DNA from: a virus
Length of the DNA stretch: 60,788 bases
Reading direction: 5' to 3' (one strand)
IMG/VR virus record: IMGVR_UViG_3300028610_001111
The notes under the pieces were generated by a model, which was not told the DNA's origin, did not search any database, and was given only the letters and a program-made list of their open reading frames with translations. How positions within the stretch are numbered: the first letter of the stretch is position 1; every line of letters starts with the position of its first letter. This document shows, in pieces, positions 44,085 to 51,992 of this stretch. Both the position numbers and the translations under genes were made by a program.

Positions 44085-44864
44085 ATGAGTAATACTAAAA
44101 AGCTAAATAGAGATTTCAAAGGTATATGGATACCTAAAGAGCTGTGGCTGAATAATGATTTGACTATTACTGAACGTTGCGTACTAGCAGAAATAGATTC
44201 GCTAGATGATGGGAATGGATGTTGGGCTAGCAATGGTCATTTTGCTAAGATATTCCAATCCACTACAAGTTCTATGAGTAATGTTATAAGTGGCTTAAGA
44301 TCAAGGTGTTACATAATAAACAGGAAATTTAACGGTAGACAAAGATGGATATCTGTCAACTGGAAGCTGCTTTCACCTACAAGTGAACCCTGCATTCACT
44401 CCAACAGGGAGGGCAGCATTCACCCACAGGTGAACAAAGATATAAGTAAGAAAAAAGAAAAGAAAGGTAATTCAGTTTTTCCCCTTAAAAGCCAAGTTTC
44501 AGAAGAAAACACCCCCCCTACCCCCCCTCAATCAGAAAAGCCTCAAATAGCCCCACAAGGCGACAAGCCACCAGCCCAGGCCAAAGCACGCAAAGAGACT
44601 TGGTTAACAGCCTACAACGATCTACACATTAAATACATGGGCGGCAGCATAAAGAACATGGGAGCGGCAGCAAAGGCGTTTAAGAGCGTTGAGACTTCGA
44701 TTGGCAGAGAGAAAGCTGTTCCGGCATGGGAGGAACATTGCAAGAAAGAAGGTAAATTCGCTTCTCCTGTCTATTTTGCTAGTAAACCGCTGATGTGGGT
44801 TGTGAAGGATAAGACATCAAAACAAAGGAATTCTGTGGTGACGGAAGGAATGCAGTTTGAGTAA
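44085..44864 (+). CDS. HTH replication-organiser/DnaD-like initiator candidate
   Basis: The N-terminus ...FKGIWIPKELWLNNDLTITERCVLAEIDSLDDGNGCWASNGHFAKIF... resembles the N-terminal HTH domain of phage replication proteins. A P/Q-rich linker is followed by a C-terminal domain. Confidence 0.5.
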   Translation: MSNTKKLNRDFKGIWIPKELWLNNDLTITERCVLAEIDSLDDGNGCWASNGHFAKIFQSTTSSMSNVISGLRSRCYIINRKFNGRQRWISVNWKLLSPTSEPCIHSNREGSIHPQVNKDISKKKEKKGNSVFPLKSQVSEENTPPTPPQSEKPQIAPQGDKPPAQAKARKETWLTAYNDLHIKYMGGSIKNMGAAAKAFKSVETSIGREKAVPAWEEHCKKEGKFASPVYFASKPLMWVVKDKTSKQRNSVVTEGMQFE

Positions 44865-44973
44865 ATAACTTTACCCCCGGCCACGCCTTACTGGTTGAGA
44901 TCTGCGCTTTGTTGGATTAGCAATGATGAATGCCTGCGGGCCGGGGTTATTTAACAATAAGAAAGGATCAGGC

Positions 44974-45672
44974 ATGAAGTTTGAAATAAAACATAAGATA
45001 AGCGGCAAGATATTGTTTGAGTGTGAATCTAAAAGCTGGAAGCTAGCAATAGAGCTAGCAATTGAACGCTCTGCGAACCTACGCTCTGCGAACCTAAGCT
45101 CTGCGGACCTACGCTCTGCGAACCTAAGCTATGCGAACCTAAGCTCTGCGGACCTAAGCTCTGCGAACCTAAGCTATGCGAACCTAAGCTCTGCGAACCT
45201 ACGCTCTGCGAACCTAAGCTATGCGAACCTAAGCTCTGCGAACCTAAGCTCTGCGAACCTAAGCTATGCGAACCTAAGCTCTGCGAACCTACGCTCTGCG
45301 AACCTAAGCTATGCGAACCTAAGCTCTGCGAAAAATTCTTCCTTGGCCATTGCTGTAACGAGAGTGGCACCTCTGGAAGGATCATTTACAGGCTGGAAAA
45401 AGTGCAATGGTAACGTTATTGTAAAATTGAAAATCCCGATAAACGCAAAAAGGTCAAATGCATTCGGTCGTAAATGTCGTGCTGAATTTGCAGAAGTTGT
45501 TGACATACTGTCCGATGAAAAAGAAGTTTTTTCTTCTCACGATCCTAACTTTATGTATAAGAAAGGGAAAACTGTGACCTGTGATAAGTGGGATGAAAGC
45601 TTTGAAAACGAATGTTCCGGCGGAATTCATTTTTTCATGACAAAAGAAGAGGCTGAGCACTGGATATTATAA
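44974..45672 (+). CDS. pentapeptide-repeat protein with globular C-terminal domain
   Basis: Start at ATG 44974 after AAAGGA. About 18 consecutive A(N/D)L(S/R)(S/Y) pentapeptides, then ...GWKKCNGNVIVKLKIP...GGIHFFMTKEEAEHW. Confidence 0.8.
   Translation: MKFEIKHKISGKILFECESKSWKLAIELAIERSANLRSANLSSADLRSANLSYANLSSADLSSANLSYANLSSANLRSANLSYANLSSANLSSANLSYANLSSANLRSANLSYANLSSAKNSSLAIAVTRVAPLEGSFTGWKKCNGNVIVKLKIPINAKRSNAFGRKCRAEFAEVVDILSDEKEVFSSHDPNFMYKKGKTVTCDKWDESFENECSGGIHFFMTKEEAEHWIL
45073..45327 (+). repeat. 17 tandem copies of a 15-bp unit (GCGAACCTAAGCTCT and 1-2-nt variants) inside the pentapeptide-repeat gene
   Basis: Counted directly; units differ only at the A/G, A/C and C/A positions. 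Confidence 0.95.
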
Positions 45673-45693
45673 GCCAGAAAGGAACCAACAAAA

Positions 45694-45810
45694 ATGGAAA
45701 AGCAGGAACTGACAGACAAGCTGATAGCGGCGGGAGTGCCGGAGGATGAGATTGAGTTTGCGGAAGGCTGGCATTATTGGATTGAGTTAATGGGCATTGT
45801 GGCAACGTAG
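45694..45810 (+). CDS. hypothetical small ORF (38 aa)
   Basis: Hand translation MEKQELTDKLIAAGVPEDEIEFAEGWHYWIELMGIVAT*; weak RBS. Confidence 0.35.
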   Translation: MEKQELTDKLIAAGVPEDEIEFAEGWHYWIELMGIVAT

Positions 45811-45860
45811 ACCATGGAAAAGATTTAGCTGGTGGAGATATTGACCAGAGAGGATTTAAT

Positions 45861-46115
45861 ATGCAAAACCCCGCCGAAACAGACAAATGCACACAATGCG
45901 GCCTTGATAGCTCAGAACTGCGAGAATGCCCTGTATGCGGCGATCAGGTTGGCCTATGCTGCATGTCGGGTCACCTGGATAGGCACAACCAGGATGGGGA
46001 GTACTGCTGTTTAACGTGTGATTTCTTGGAGGGGCGGTACAGTTGCGTGAAAAGGTGGAAGATAATAGGCGATTGCGATATGCAGGTTTGCGAGGAATGG
46101 GAGGTTAAATCATGA
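45861..46115 (+). CDS. very Cys-rich protein (84 aa, 12 Cys)
   Basis: Track ORF; GAGAGGA RBS; CTQC...CPVC...CC...CCLTC... Confidence 0.55.
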   Translation: MQNPAETDKCTQCGLDSSELRECPVCGDQVGLCCMSGHLDRHNQDGEYCCLTCDFLEGRYSCVKRWKIIGDCDMQVCEEWEVKS

Positions 46116-46348
46116 ATGAAGATCAGAGACCAATAACAAATAATATACTTGTTATGCATGAAATATTCAAAGCTATTGATAGAGTTTTTGTAAGCGATAA
46201 ACCGGATAAACTATCGAAAATACATGATCTTTGTGATGATGCGAGGATATTTAAAACTTATGAGGAATGGGTTGGCGCAGGATTGAGAAGGCCAAGCAGG
46301 TATAAACGTGATGTGTGCAGAAGTAACGGAGATACTCCAAGAATTTAA
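46112..46348 (+). CDS. hypothetical protein (78 aa)
   Basis: Track ORF; ATGA overlap. Confidence 0.55.
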   Translation: MNEDQRPITNNILVMHEIFKAIDRVFVSDKPDKLSKIHDLCDDARIFKTYEEWVGAGLRRPSRYKRDVCRSNGDTPRI

Positions 46349-46358
46349 GGAAACAACC

Positions 46359-46544
46359 ATGAGCGAAGTTATGAGTGAAGTTACATATCCAGCACAATGT
46401 AATTGCGGGCATCTGTTTCTTGAAAAGTATAAATTCAACGAGCCAAACAAGAATGGTGAAGTAGGTTTTTGCTGGTGTGGGTTTTGTCGTAAAAAAATAA
46501 TGGTTAAACCTGTATTGGGCAACAAAACGACAGAGGAGGCTTGA
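46359..46544 (+). CDS. Cys-rich small protein (61 aa)
   Basis: In frame with track ORF 46308..46544; ATG 46359 follows AAGGAAAC. Contains CNCGH...CWCGFC. Confidence 0.5.
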   Translation: MSEVMSEVTYPAQCNCGHLFLEKYKFNEPNKNGEVGFCWCGFCRKKIMVKPVLGNKTTEEA

Positions 46545-46546
46545 AC

Positions 46547-46654
46547 ATGAATTGCCCATATTGCAGGAATCAAATAGAGTGGGTCAATATCATAGATGAG
46601 TATGGCGACTATTTTTGCTGGTCTTGCAGGACATGGGCAGGGCTTGAATCTTAA
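46547..46654 (+). CDS. zinc-ribbon ORF (35 aa)
   Basis: Hand translation MNCPYCRNQIEWVNIIDEYGDYFCWSCRTWAGLES*; GAGGAGG RBS 7 nt upstream. Confidence 0.5.
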   Translation: MNCPYCRNQIEWVNIIDEYGDYFCWSCRTWAGLES

Positions 46655-46680
46655 AGTAACGAATTTGAAAGAGATTGAGT

Positions 46681-47547
46681 ATGCAGACTAAAATATCATG
46701 GCCTAAAGGCCCGTTTTTCTGGCGTGGTGAATCACGCAACTATTGCAGTATTCCGTTCACATGGAATATTAAGCCAGTACGCAAGTTCATAGCCAAGCAC
46801 GGCGGCTTATGGTCTATTGGGGGCCCAGCGTGTGATTTAATTCCGTTCGCCTTTTCTGATATGCAGAACGTAATGGCCGGGGGTGGATTTTCCGGGATCC
46901 TGCAAAAGCTTAATCCGCATGCAACACGCACAACTACAGGATGCCCGAACAGTTGCCAATTCTGCGGAATAGGACAGAAACTGATAGAGCCGTTTTTTGA
47001 TGAGCTTGACGACTGGCCTGATTTGCCTATCATTTGCGACAATAATTTACTCGGTGCATCAGAAAGGCATTTACAAAGAGTGTTTGAGCGTTTGCGCTGG
47101 TGGGGATGGGCTGACTTTAATCAAGGGCTGGACTGTCGAAAAATAACGCCCGAGATAGCCTCGGAGCTTAACTCCATAGGCAAACCGATTGCAAGGATAG
47201 CTCTTGACGGATGGAGTGTTGCTGGCTCATGGGTTAAAGCTATCAACCTTTTGAGAGAAGCCGGATTCCCAAAGAGGCGGATACATTCGTATGTCATGAT
47301 CGGATATGGCGACGAACCTGCAAGGGATATAGACAGAATACAGTTTGCAAAGAATATTCTTAGTCCGGCATGTGTCAATGCTATGTGGTTCCATGAGTTA
47401 GACGCAGTGAAAAGTAATGTAACAACGGAAAATCAGGCTGCTTACGGATGGTCAGACAGGCTAAGAATAGATACTATGCGCTGGTCTTATGGTAGGGCAG
47501 CTAAACCAAAATATTCACCAACACTTAGAATTAACCGGAGGAAATAG
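46681..47547 (+). CDS. radical-SAM-like enzyme (288 aa)
   Basis: CX3CX2C cluster TTGCPNSCQFCGIG ~85 aa from the N-terminus. Downstream are collinear radical-SAM-barrel-like motifs (...NQGLD..., ...RIALDG..., ...YVMIGYGDEPARDI...). No SPASM-type second Cys cluster. The track start at 46675 is TTG; ATG is at 46681. Confidence 0.55.
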   Translation: MQTKISWPKGPFFWRGESRNYCSIPFTWNIKPVRKFIAKHGGLWSIGGPACDLIPFAFSDMQNVMAGGGFSGILQKLNPHATRTTTGCPNSCQFCGIGQKLIEPFFDELDDWPDLPIICDNNLLGASERHLQRVFERLRWWGWADFNQGLDCRKITPEIASELNSIGKPIARIALDGWSVAGSWVKAINLLREAGFPKRRIHSYVMIGYGDEPARDIDRIQFAKNILSPACVNAMWFHELDAVKSNVTTENQAAYGWSDRLRIDTMRWSYGRAAKPKYSPTLRINRRK

Positions 47548-47549
47548 TT

Positions 47550-47801
47550 ATGAATAATCTTGAAAAATATCAGGCCACTATGGGCTTTATTAGCTGCATG
47601 GAAAGAGAGAAAAACGAATACCTGCGTAAGGCTGAGGTCCTTACATCAAGAATAACATTACTCGAAAGCTTTAAAAAACAAATGGCTGGTGAGTTCTGCG
47701 ATAGATGCAAGGGTTCTGGGATACTCAGAGAAATTATAGCACAAGATGAGTCTAGACTTGTCGATTGCGATAGTTGCAAAGGAACTGGTTTGAGGGAATA
47801 G
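47550..47801 (+). CDS. DnaJ-type zinc-finger (CxxCxGxG x2) small protein
   Basis: ...CDRCKGSG...(19 aa)...CDSCKGTG... Confidence 0.6.
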   Translation: MNNLEKYQATMGFISCMEREKNEYLRKAEVLTSRITLLESFKKQMAGEFCDRCKGSGILREIIAQDESRLVDCDSCKGTGLRE

Positions 47802-47824
47802 CCCAACAGGGCGGAAAGGATGAG

Positions 47825-48151
47825 ATGAAAGAATTATCAAGGCATAGACGTAGAGAGTTGGCCTTCCAATATCGCATGGGTTGGCAATGTTCATTCGTTG
47901 TACTGTGCCCCACCATGACGATTTTCTTTATATTCAGCAATGCAATAAATTTAATACCAGGATTTCTTTTAACGTGCGCCATTATGGGGTGTGTGAATCC
48001 TGTTATATTGGGAGGCAAAACAGTGAGCACTATCAAACGGTTGCTTGGCATAACCGCAATGTCCATGAAAATGGATGCTCTGGCAAAGCATCTGAAGATC
48101 CGCTTCAAACTCGTACCTGAACATTACAAATGCGAGGAAACCGGAGCATAA
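47825..48151 (+). CDS. membrane protein (108 aa, 2 TM)
   Basis: In frame with track ORF 47774..48151; ATG 47825 follows AAAGGA. TM segments are FVVLCPTMTIFFIFSNAINLIPGFLLTCAIMGCV. Confidence 0.5.
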   Translation: MKELSRHRRRELAFQYRMGWQCSFVVLCPTMTIFFIFSNAINLIPGFLLTCAIMGCVNPVILGGKTVSTIKRLLGITAMSMKMDALAKHLKIRFKLVPEHYKCEETGA

Positions 48152-48159
48152 AACTGTAT

Positions 48160-48178
48160 GGCCGGTGAGAGTCCGGCC
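48160..48178 (+). terminator. GC hairpin without a clear U-tract (weak terminator candidate)
   Basis: GGCCGG-tgagagt-CCGGCC followed by ccaattt. Confidence 0.3.
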
Positions 48179-48207
48179 CCAATTTAACAACTAACAGAAA
48201 GGGTAAA

Positions 48208-48513
48208 ATGAAATATAGGAAGTTTATGTTTACTATGTGCCAACATCCACGTATAGGTCATCCACCGTATGCTATCTATATCCAGATTTGGAAATTCCAA
48301 GCATCGTTATATCGCTGGTCTTGTCTTCGCTGGTGTATTTCGTGGGGGCTGGAATACCCTGTACTTGGTGGGCCTCAACAAGACTGGGCGAAATGGGTTC
48401 TCTGGCAGGAAGATAGACGGTGGTGGAAATGGAACTGGTTTTACAATCATTTTCCGAGAGATATAACATGGAGGCAACCAGCAAGATATCATCAACCCAA
48501 ATGGGGCAAGTGA
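48208..48513 (+). CDS. Trp-rich hypothetical protein (101 aa, 13 Trp)
   Basis: Track ORF, co-oriented, AAAGGG upstream. The composition is unusual, so coding status is uncertain. Confidence 0.4.
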   Translation: MKYRKFMFTMCQHPRIGHPPYAIYIQIWKFQASLYRWSCLRWCISWGLEYPVLGGPQQDWAKWVLWQEDRRWWKWNWFYNHFPRDITWRQPARYHQPKWGK

Positions 48514-48517
48514 TCAA

Positions 48518-48793
48518 ATGACTGACTACAGCTATTGCCACAGATGCGGAGGGAAACGGCTGAAGACTAAAGGCAAGTGTGATGCTTGTGCAAGGGCAGA
48601 GAAGGATGCGGAAACAATTAAAATAGAAAGGCAAGAAATGAGCGAATCAATGGCAATGCACAACGGGCTACCAGATGGCGTCAGCCTGACCACGAGAATG
48701 CATTTAACACAGGACATGGTGAAAGACCTTTTGCCGGTACTTACGCATTTTGCGGAGACAGGTAATCTCCCGCAAACTACAGAGGAGGCTTGA
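48518..48793 (+). CDS. zinc-ribbon protein (91 aa)
   Basis: Track ORF; CHRCGG...CDAC. Confidence 0.55.
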   Translation: MTDYSYCHRCGGKRLKTKGKCDACARAEKDAETIKIERQEMSESMAMHNGLPDGVSLTTRMHLTQDMVKDLLPVLTHFAETGNLPQTTEEA

Positions 48794-48799
48794 ATAATA

Positions 48800-49072
48800 A
48801 TGAGTAATCTATGTCCAGGATGGAACGGAATACCTTGCGGTAAGAGCATGAGCGTGCACGAGAGGGTATGTTATTCATGCCAGCAAGAGCAAAAGAAGTT
48901 TGATGAAAAACTGAGACATAAATCGTGCCAGTGTGTATACGAAGAAGATGGCGGCAATTGCATTCACTGCGGACAGCAAGGCGGTATTCTAAAGGCAACA
49001 ATCCTGTCGCCAGAACAGATGAATCAACGGTTTGGACGACTAACGACAAGTAAAGGTGCCAAAGATGAATAA
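48800..49072 (+). CDS. Cys-rich protein (90 aa)
   Basis: Track ORF. Confidence 0.55.
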   Translation: MSNLCPGWNGIPCGKSMSVHERVCYSCQQEQKKFDEKLRHKSCQCVYEEDGGNCIHCGQQGGILKATILSPEQMNQRFGRLTTSKGAKDE

Positions 49073-49316
49073 ATTCGACCAGCTTGTTTCTGATTTATCG
49101 GACGGTAGCTTAACTCCAACGATGATTCAGATAGCCCTCAGGACGTGGGTCAGACAAAACCCTAAAGTTCCAGACGGTGTAAAAGGAATATTGTGTGGCG
49201 AGAGTGACGGTGCCATTGGTTTGATAGGACAGATTTTTTCAGTCATTCAATCGGTTATTGGCAAAACGGAATTAGCTTATCGTCGCGGAAGCCAGGAGCC
49301 GGTAAAGGATGACTAA
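49065..49316 (+). CDS. hypothetical protein (83 aa)
   Basis: In frame with track ORF 49056..49316 (GTG); first ATG at 49065. Confidence 0.5.
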   Translation: MNKFDQLVSDLSDGSLTPTMIQIALRTWVRQNPKVPDGVKGILCGESDGAIGLIGQIFSVIQSVIGKTELAYRRGSQEPVKDD

Positions 49317-49334
49317 CGACAAAAGGAGGTCAAA

Positions 49335-49649
49335 TTGAAACCGATTAAAACCGAAGGGTCATTTGCAGGACAGTGCAAGACATGCTTGCATGATTCTTGT
49401 CAGTTCCCGAATTGCATTTGCGATACTTGTTGCACTAAAGATTCGCAACCGATGCGTAAGAAAAGCACAAGCAAGAACTTTCACAACGAATGTCCAGAAT
49501 GCGGATGTGATGATATAATGGTATCCGATATTGACGGTTATATCTGTGAGGGTTGCCGCTGTTGGTGGGCGGCTTACGATGATGGTTCTTTAATGCAGAT
49601 TAGGCAGAAAGGCAGCAACGGGCTTGATGAGGAGCAGGGAAATGATTAA
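49335..49649 (+). CDS. very Cys-rich protein (104 aa)
   Basis: Track ORF; TTG start 6 nt after AGGAGG. Contains CKTC..C....C.C..CC, CPECGC and CEGCRC. Confidence 0.5.
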   Translation: MKPIKTEGSFAGQCKTCLHDSCQFPNCICDTCCTKDSQPMRKKSTSKNFHNECPECGCDDIMVSDIDGYICEGCRCWWAAYDDGSLMQIRQKGSNGLDEEQGND

Positions 49650-49794
49650 AGCAGATGTAAAGCCTGTAGACGAGCCGGACAGAATGCTGCATGACAAGTT
49701 TGAGCTACGTCTGACGGAAAGAGTTAATGGCGAATGGTTGCAGCGTATAATCAATAGGGCTTTGGAAATATATGGTGGGATAATTGATGAGTAG
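49642..49794 (+). CDS. hypothetical small ORF (50 aa)
   Basis: Hand translation MIKADVKPVDEPDRMLHDKFELRLTERVNGEWLQRIINRALEIYGGIIDE*. Confidence 0.4.
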   Translation: MIKADVKPVDEPDRMLHDKFELRLTERVNGEWLQRIINRALEIYGGIIDE

Positions 49795-51154
49795 TATAAG
49801 GTTTTCAGAAGAAGCTGAAAAATTTGTTCTTGGCTGTTGTTTATCAACGAATTCCGATCTAATGATAAGTAATTGCCTGGAACATAATTTATGCTCTGAA
49901 CATTTCTTTATTCCAAAACATATAATACTGTGGGAAACATTGCTTAAAAGATTTAAGACCGGGAAACCTGTAGATATAATAATGATAGCCGATATCCTTG
50001 AAGACAACAACCAGCTTGAAAAAGTAGGAAGGACTTATTTGGATCGCTGTGTTGATTCAGTTGTAAGTATTCAATACATAGATACTTATATAGAAACTCT
50101 CCAAAAATGCGAAAAGTTCAGGAGAGCAAGGGGATTAATAAACAAAACTTCTGACATGATAGACTCTAAAGATTTTGATGCTGATGAAATACTGGCAACA
50201 ATAGTTAATGAAGCTCTTAGAGAATTAGCCCCTGAAAAACAATCTCCTGAAGATTACCATCTAGAGCATATCGAAAGAAGAAACAAGGCTAAAACTGAAG
50301 GCATAGTAGGGCTTGAAGTTTTCACTGAAGGGCTTAAAGATTTAGTTGGATCTTGGCTTCCTCAAGACAACGTTGTTATAGCAGGGAAAAGTAGTAATGG
50401 TAAAACAGATGCTATGATATGTGAAATGCTTCCCCAGTCATGGAAAAATAATGTTCCTATCGGGATATTTGAAACTGACATGAGCGAGTTCCTGCTAAGA
50501 GAACGAATGGCTAGCCACATAGCAAAAGTAAATACTTTTAGAATGAGAATGCCGTATTGGACGCAGAAAGAAGCAGATGATATTGATGCAGCATACGAGA
50601 TTCTCAACAGCTTACCTATATATATAAATGATAATCCTGACGCTAACATAAATGATATCATGTTTTTCGGAATGATATGCGCTCTTAAATACGATTGCAA
50701 AGCTTTTGGAATGGATTTTCTTCAGCAAATAGCTATGACCAAAGAAGAGTATAAACAAAACTACAGAGTAGTAATAGGAGAGCATTCTAAAAAAATTAAA
50801 AGTCTTGGAAAGAGGCATGACATGACTACATTCTTATTGAGTCAGTTATCAAGATATGGCGAAAAAACTTCTGATGTTACACCTGCTTTACCTAATAAAG
50901 AAGCCCTCAAAGAATCCGGCGACATAGAGAACAATGCTGACATTGTAATTCTTATAGGTAAAGAGCCTGATATGCCTACAGAACATTTTACATTTAAGTA
51001 TCCTGTATGGGATATGGGACTTAATTTAGATAAGGCCAGGAACGGTCCTACAGGAGTAATAAATCTTTCATACGAACCTAGATATCATAGGTTTATGAGC
51101 AGAAACCAAGGCGACCAAAGGAGGACAATAATTGAGATAGAGAAAAATAGATAA
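49787..51154 (+). CDS. dnaB: DnaB-type replicative helicase
   Basis: DnaB N-domain-like ...EEAEKFVLGCCL...IPKHIILWETL...VDIIMIADIL and Walker A GKSSNGKT. Later motifs ...FGMDFLQQI..., ...LLSQLSR... and ...ADIVILIGKE... are collinear with the DnaB/RecA fold. Confidence 0.8.
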   Translation: MSSIRFSEEAEKFVLGCCLSTNSDLMISNCLEHNLCSEHFFIPKHIILWETLLKRFKTGKPVDIIMIADILEDNNQLEKVGRTYLDRCVDSVVSIQYIDTYIETLQKCEKFRRARGLINKTSDMIDSKDFDADEILATIVNEALRELAPEKQSPEDYHLEHIERRNKAKTEGIVGLEVFTEGLKDLVGSWLPQDNVVIAGKSSNGKTDAMICEMLPQSWKNNVPIGIFETDMSEFLLRERMASHIAKVNTFRMRMPYWTQKEADDIDAAYEILNSLPIYINDNPDANINDIMFFGMICALKYDCKAFGMDFLQQIAMTKEEYKQNYRVVIGEHSKKIKSLGKRHDMTTFLLSQLSRYGEKTSDVTPALPNKEALKESGDIENNADIVILIGKEPDMPTEHFTFKYPVWDMGLNLDKARNGPTGVINLSYEPRYHRFMSRNQGDQRRTIIEIEKNR

Positions 51155-51160
51155 ATAGTA

Positions 51161-51189
51161 TTGACATTGTAGAAACAATAGCTTAAATT
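51161..51189 (+). promoter_or_regulatory. sigma70-like internal promoter
   Basis: TTGACA (51161-51166), 17-nt spacer, TAAATT (51184-51189). Confidence 0.5.
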
Positions 51190-51215
51190 ATGTGAAATTA
51201 AACAAAGGAGTTCTA

Positions 51216-51992
51216 ATGGATAGAGCGAATGTACAAATAAATAGAATTAACAGAGTGAACAAAGACGGAGAAACTCACACAGCTAAGCAGTCGGGCAAAG
51301 ATTACAGTGTATGGGAATTCGATTGCGAGGGTTTTATTAACGGTAGCTCTGTAGATCATTTTCTTGTGAAGACATTGAGCGGCAAAGCTGCTGGATGGAT
51401 TAAATCAGGACAATTGAAAGATTTTCCTGCCGAAATAGATGTATTTCAAAATACAACTACTTACAAAGTGCCTAGAGAAATGTACGCTAACGATCAGCAA
51501 CAAGGCAATCAACAGAATAACACTCAAGGCTATCAACAGCCGCCTCAGAATAACACTCAACAGCCTCCACCCTTCACACCGCCTGCTACAACTCAGTTTC
51601 AACCACAGACTAGCAACAGCTATAGCTTGGAAGATCTGAAGGCATTGCTTCAAGACTGTTGGATCTTCTGTAACACTGAGCTTTCTGAAAATGATGATAT
51701 AGCTCAGAAACTGGCAGCAACACTGTACATAGCAGCAACACACGAACACTTGAAGGCAGAAGTAGTTAATGTTCAGCAGCAAGGTAATCAAGGCGGAACG
51801 AATAATAACAATATGCAGAACACATTAATGATTGCTATTAATGATTGTCTGTCAAAGACCGGCCTTGCTCAAAGAGTTGCTACAGGTAAAATGCAAAATG
51901 ATTTCCTTATTGACGTATGGAATCAATGTAACGCAGATAGCAATACATTCGCATCTCGTATAAATCAAGAACTATTCAGCAAAGGAGCATAA
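51216..51992 (+). CDS. putative ssDNA-binding/recombination-associated protein with Q/N/P-rich linker
   Basis: ATG 51216 follows AAAGGAG by 6 nt; the track start at 51192 is GTG. Beta-rich N-domain, linker ...DQQQGNQQNNTQGYQQPPQNNTQQPPPFTPPATTQFQPQ..., then a helical C-domain. Function is inferred from position only. Confidence 0.4.
   Translation: MDRANVQINRINRVNKDGETHTAKQSGKDYSVWEFDCEGFINGSSVDHFLVKTLSGKAAGWIKSGQLKDFPAEIDVFQNTTTYKVPREMYANDQQQGNQQNNTQGYQQPPQNNTQQPPPFTPPATTQFQPQTSNSYSLEDLKALLQDCWIFCNTELSENDDIAQKLAATLYIAATHEHLKAEVVNVQQQGNQGGTNNNNMQNTLMIAINDCLSKTGLAQRVATGKMQNDFLIDVWNQCNADSNTFASRINQELFSKGA

Noticed and set aside
45073-45327. Possible CRISPR-like array because of regular short repeats
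   Set aside because: Units are contiguous 15-mers with no spacers. They are in frame and encode a pentapeptide-repeat protein, and there are no cas genes.
45029-45385. 118-aa minus-strand ORF (SLGSQSVGSQ... repeats)
   Set aside because: It is the antisense reading of the 15-bp tandem repeat in the pentapeptide gene. It lies on the wrong strand for this operon and has no independent start context.
45861-47547. RiPP (SCIFF/ranthipeptide-like) cluster: Cys-rich peptides plus radical-SAM maturase
   Set aside because: The enzyme is short (288 aa) and lacks the SPASM/twitch auxiliary-cluster cysteines. The neighbouring peptides look like ordinary CxxC zinc ribbons, of which the genome has many. 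It is kept only as a low-probability alternative in the radical-SAM finding.
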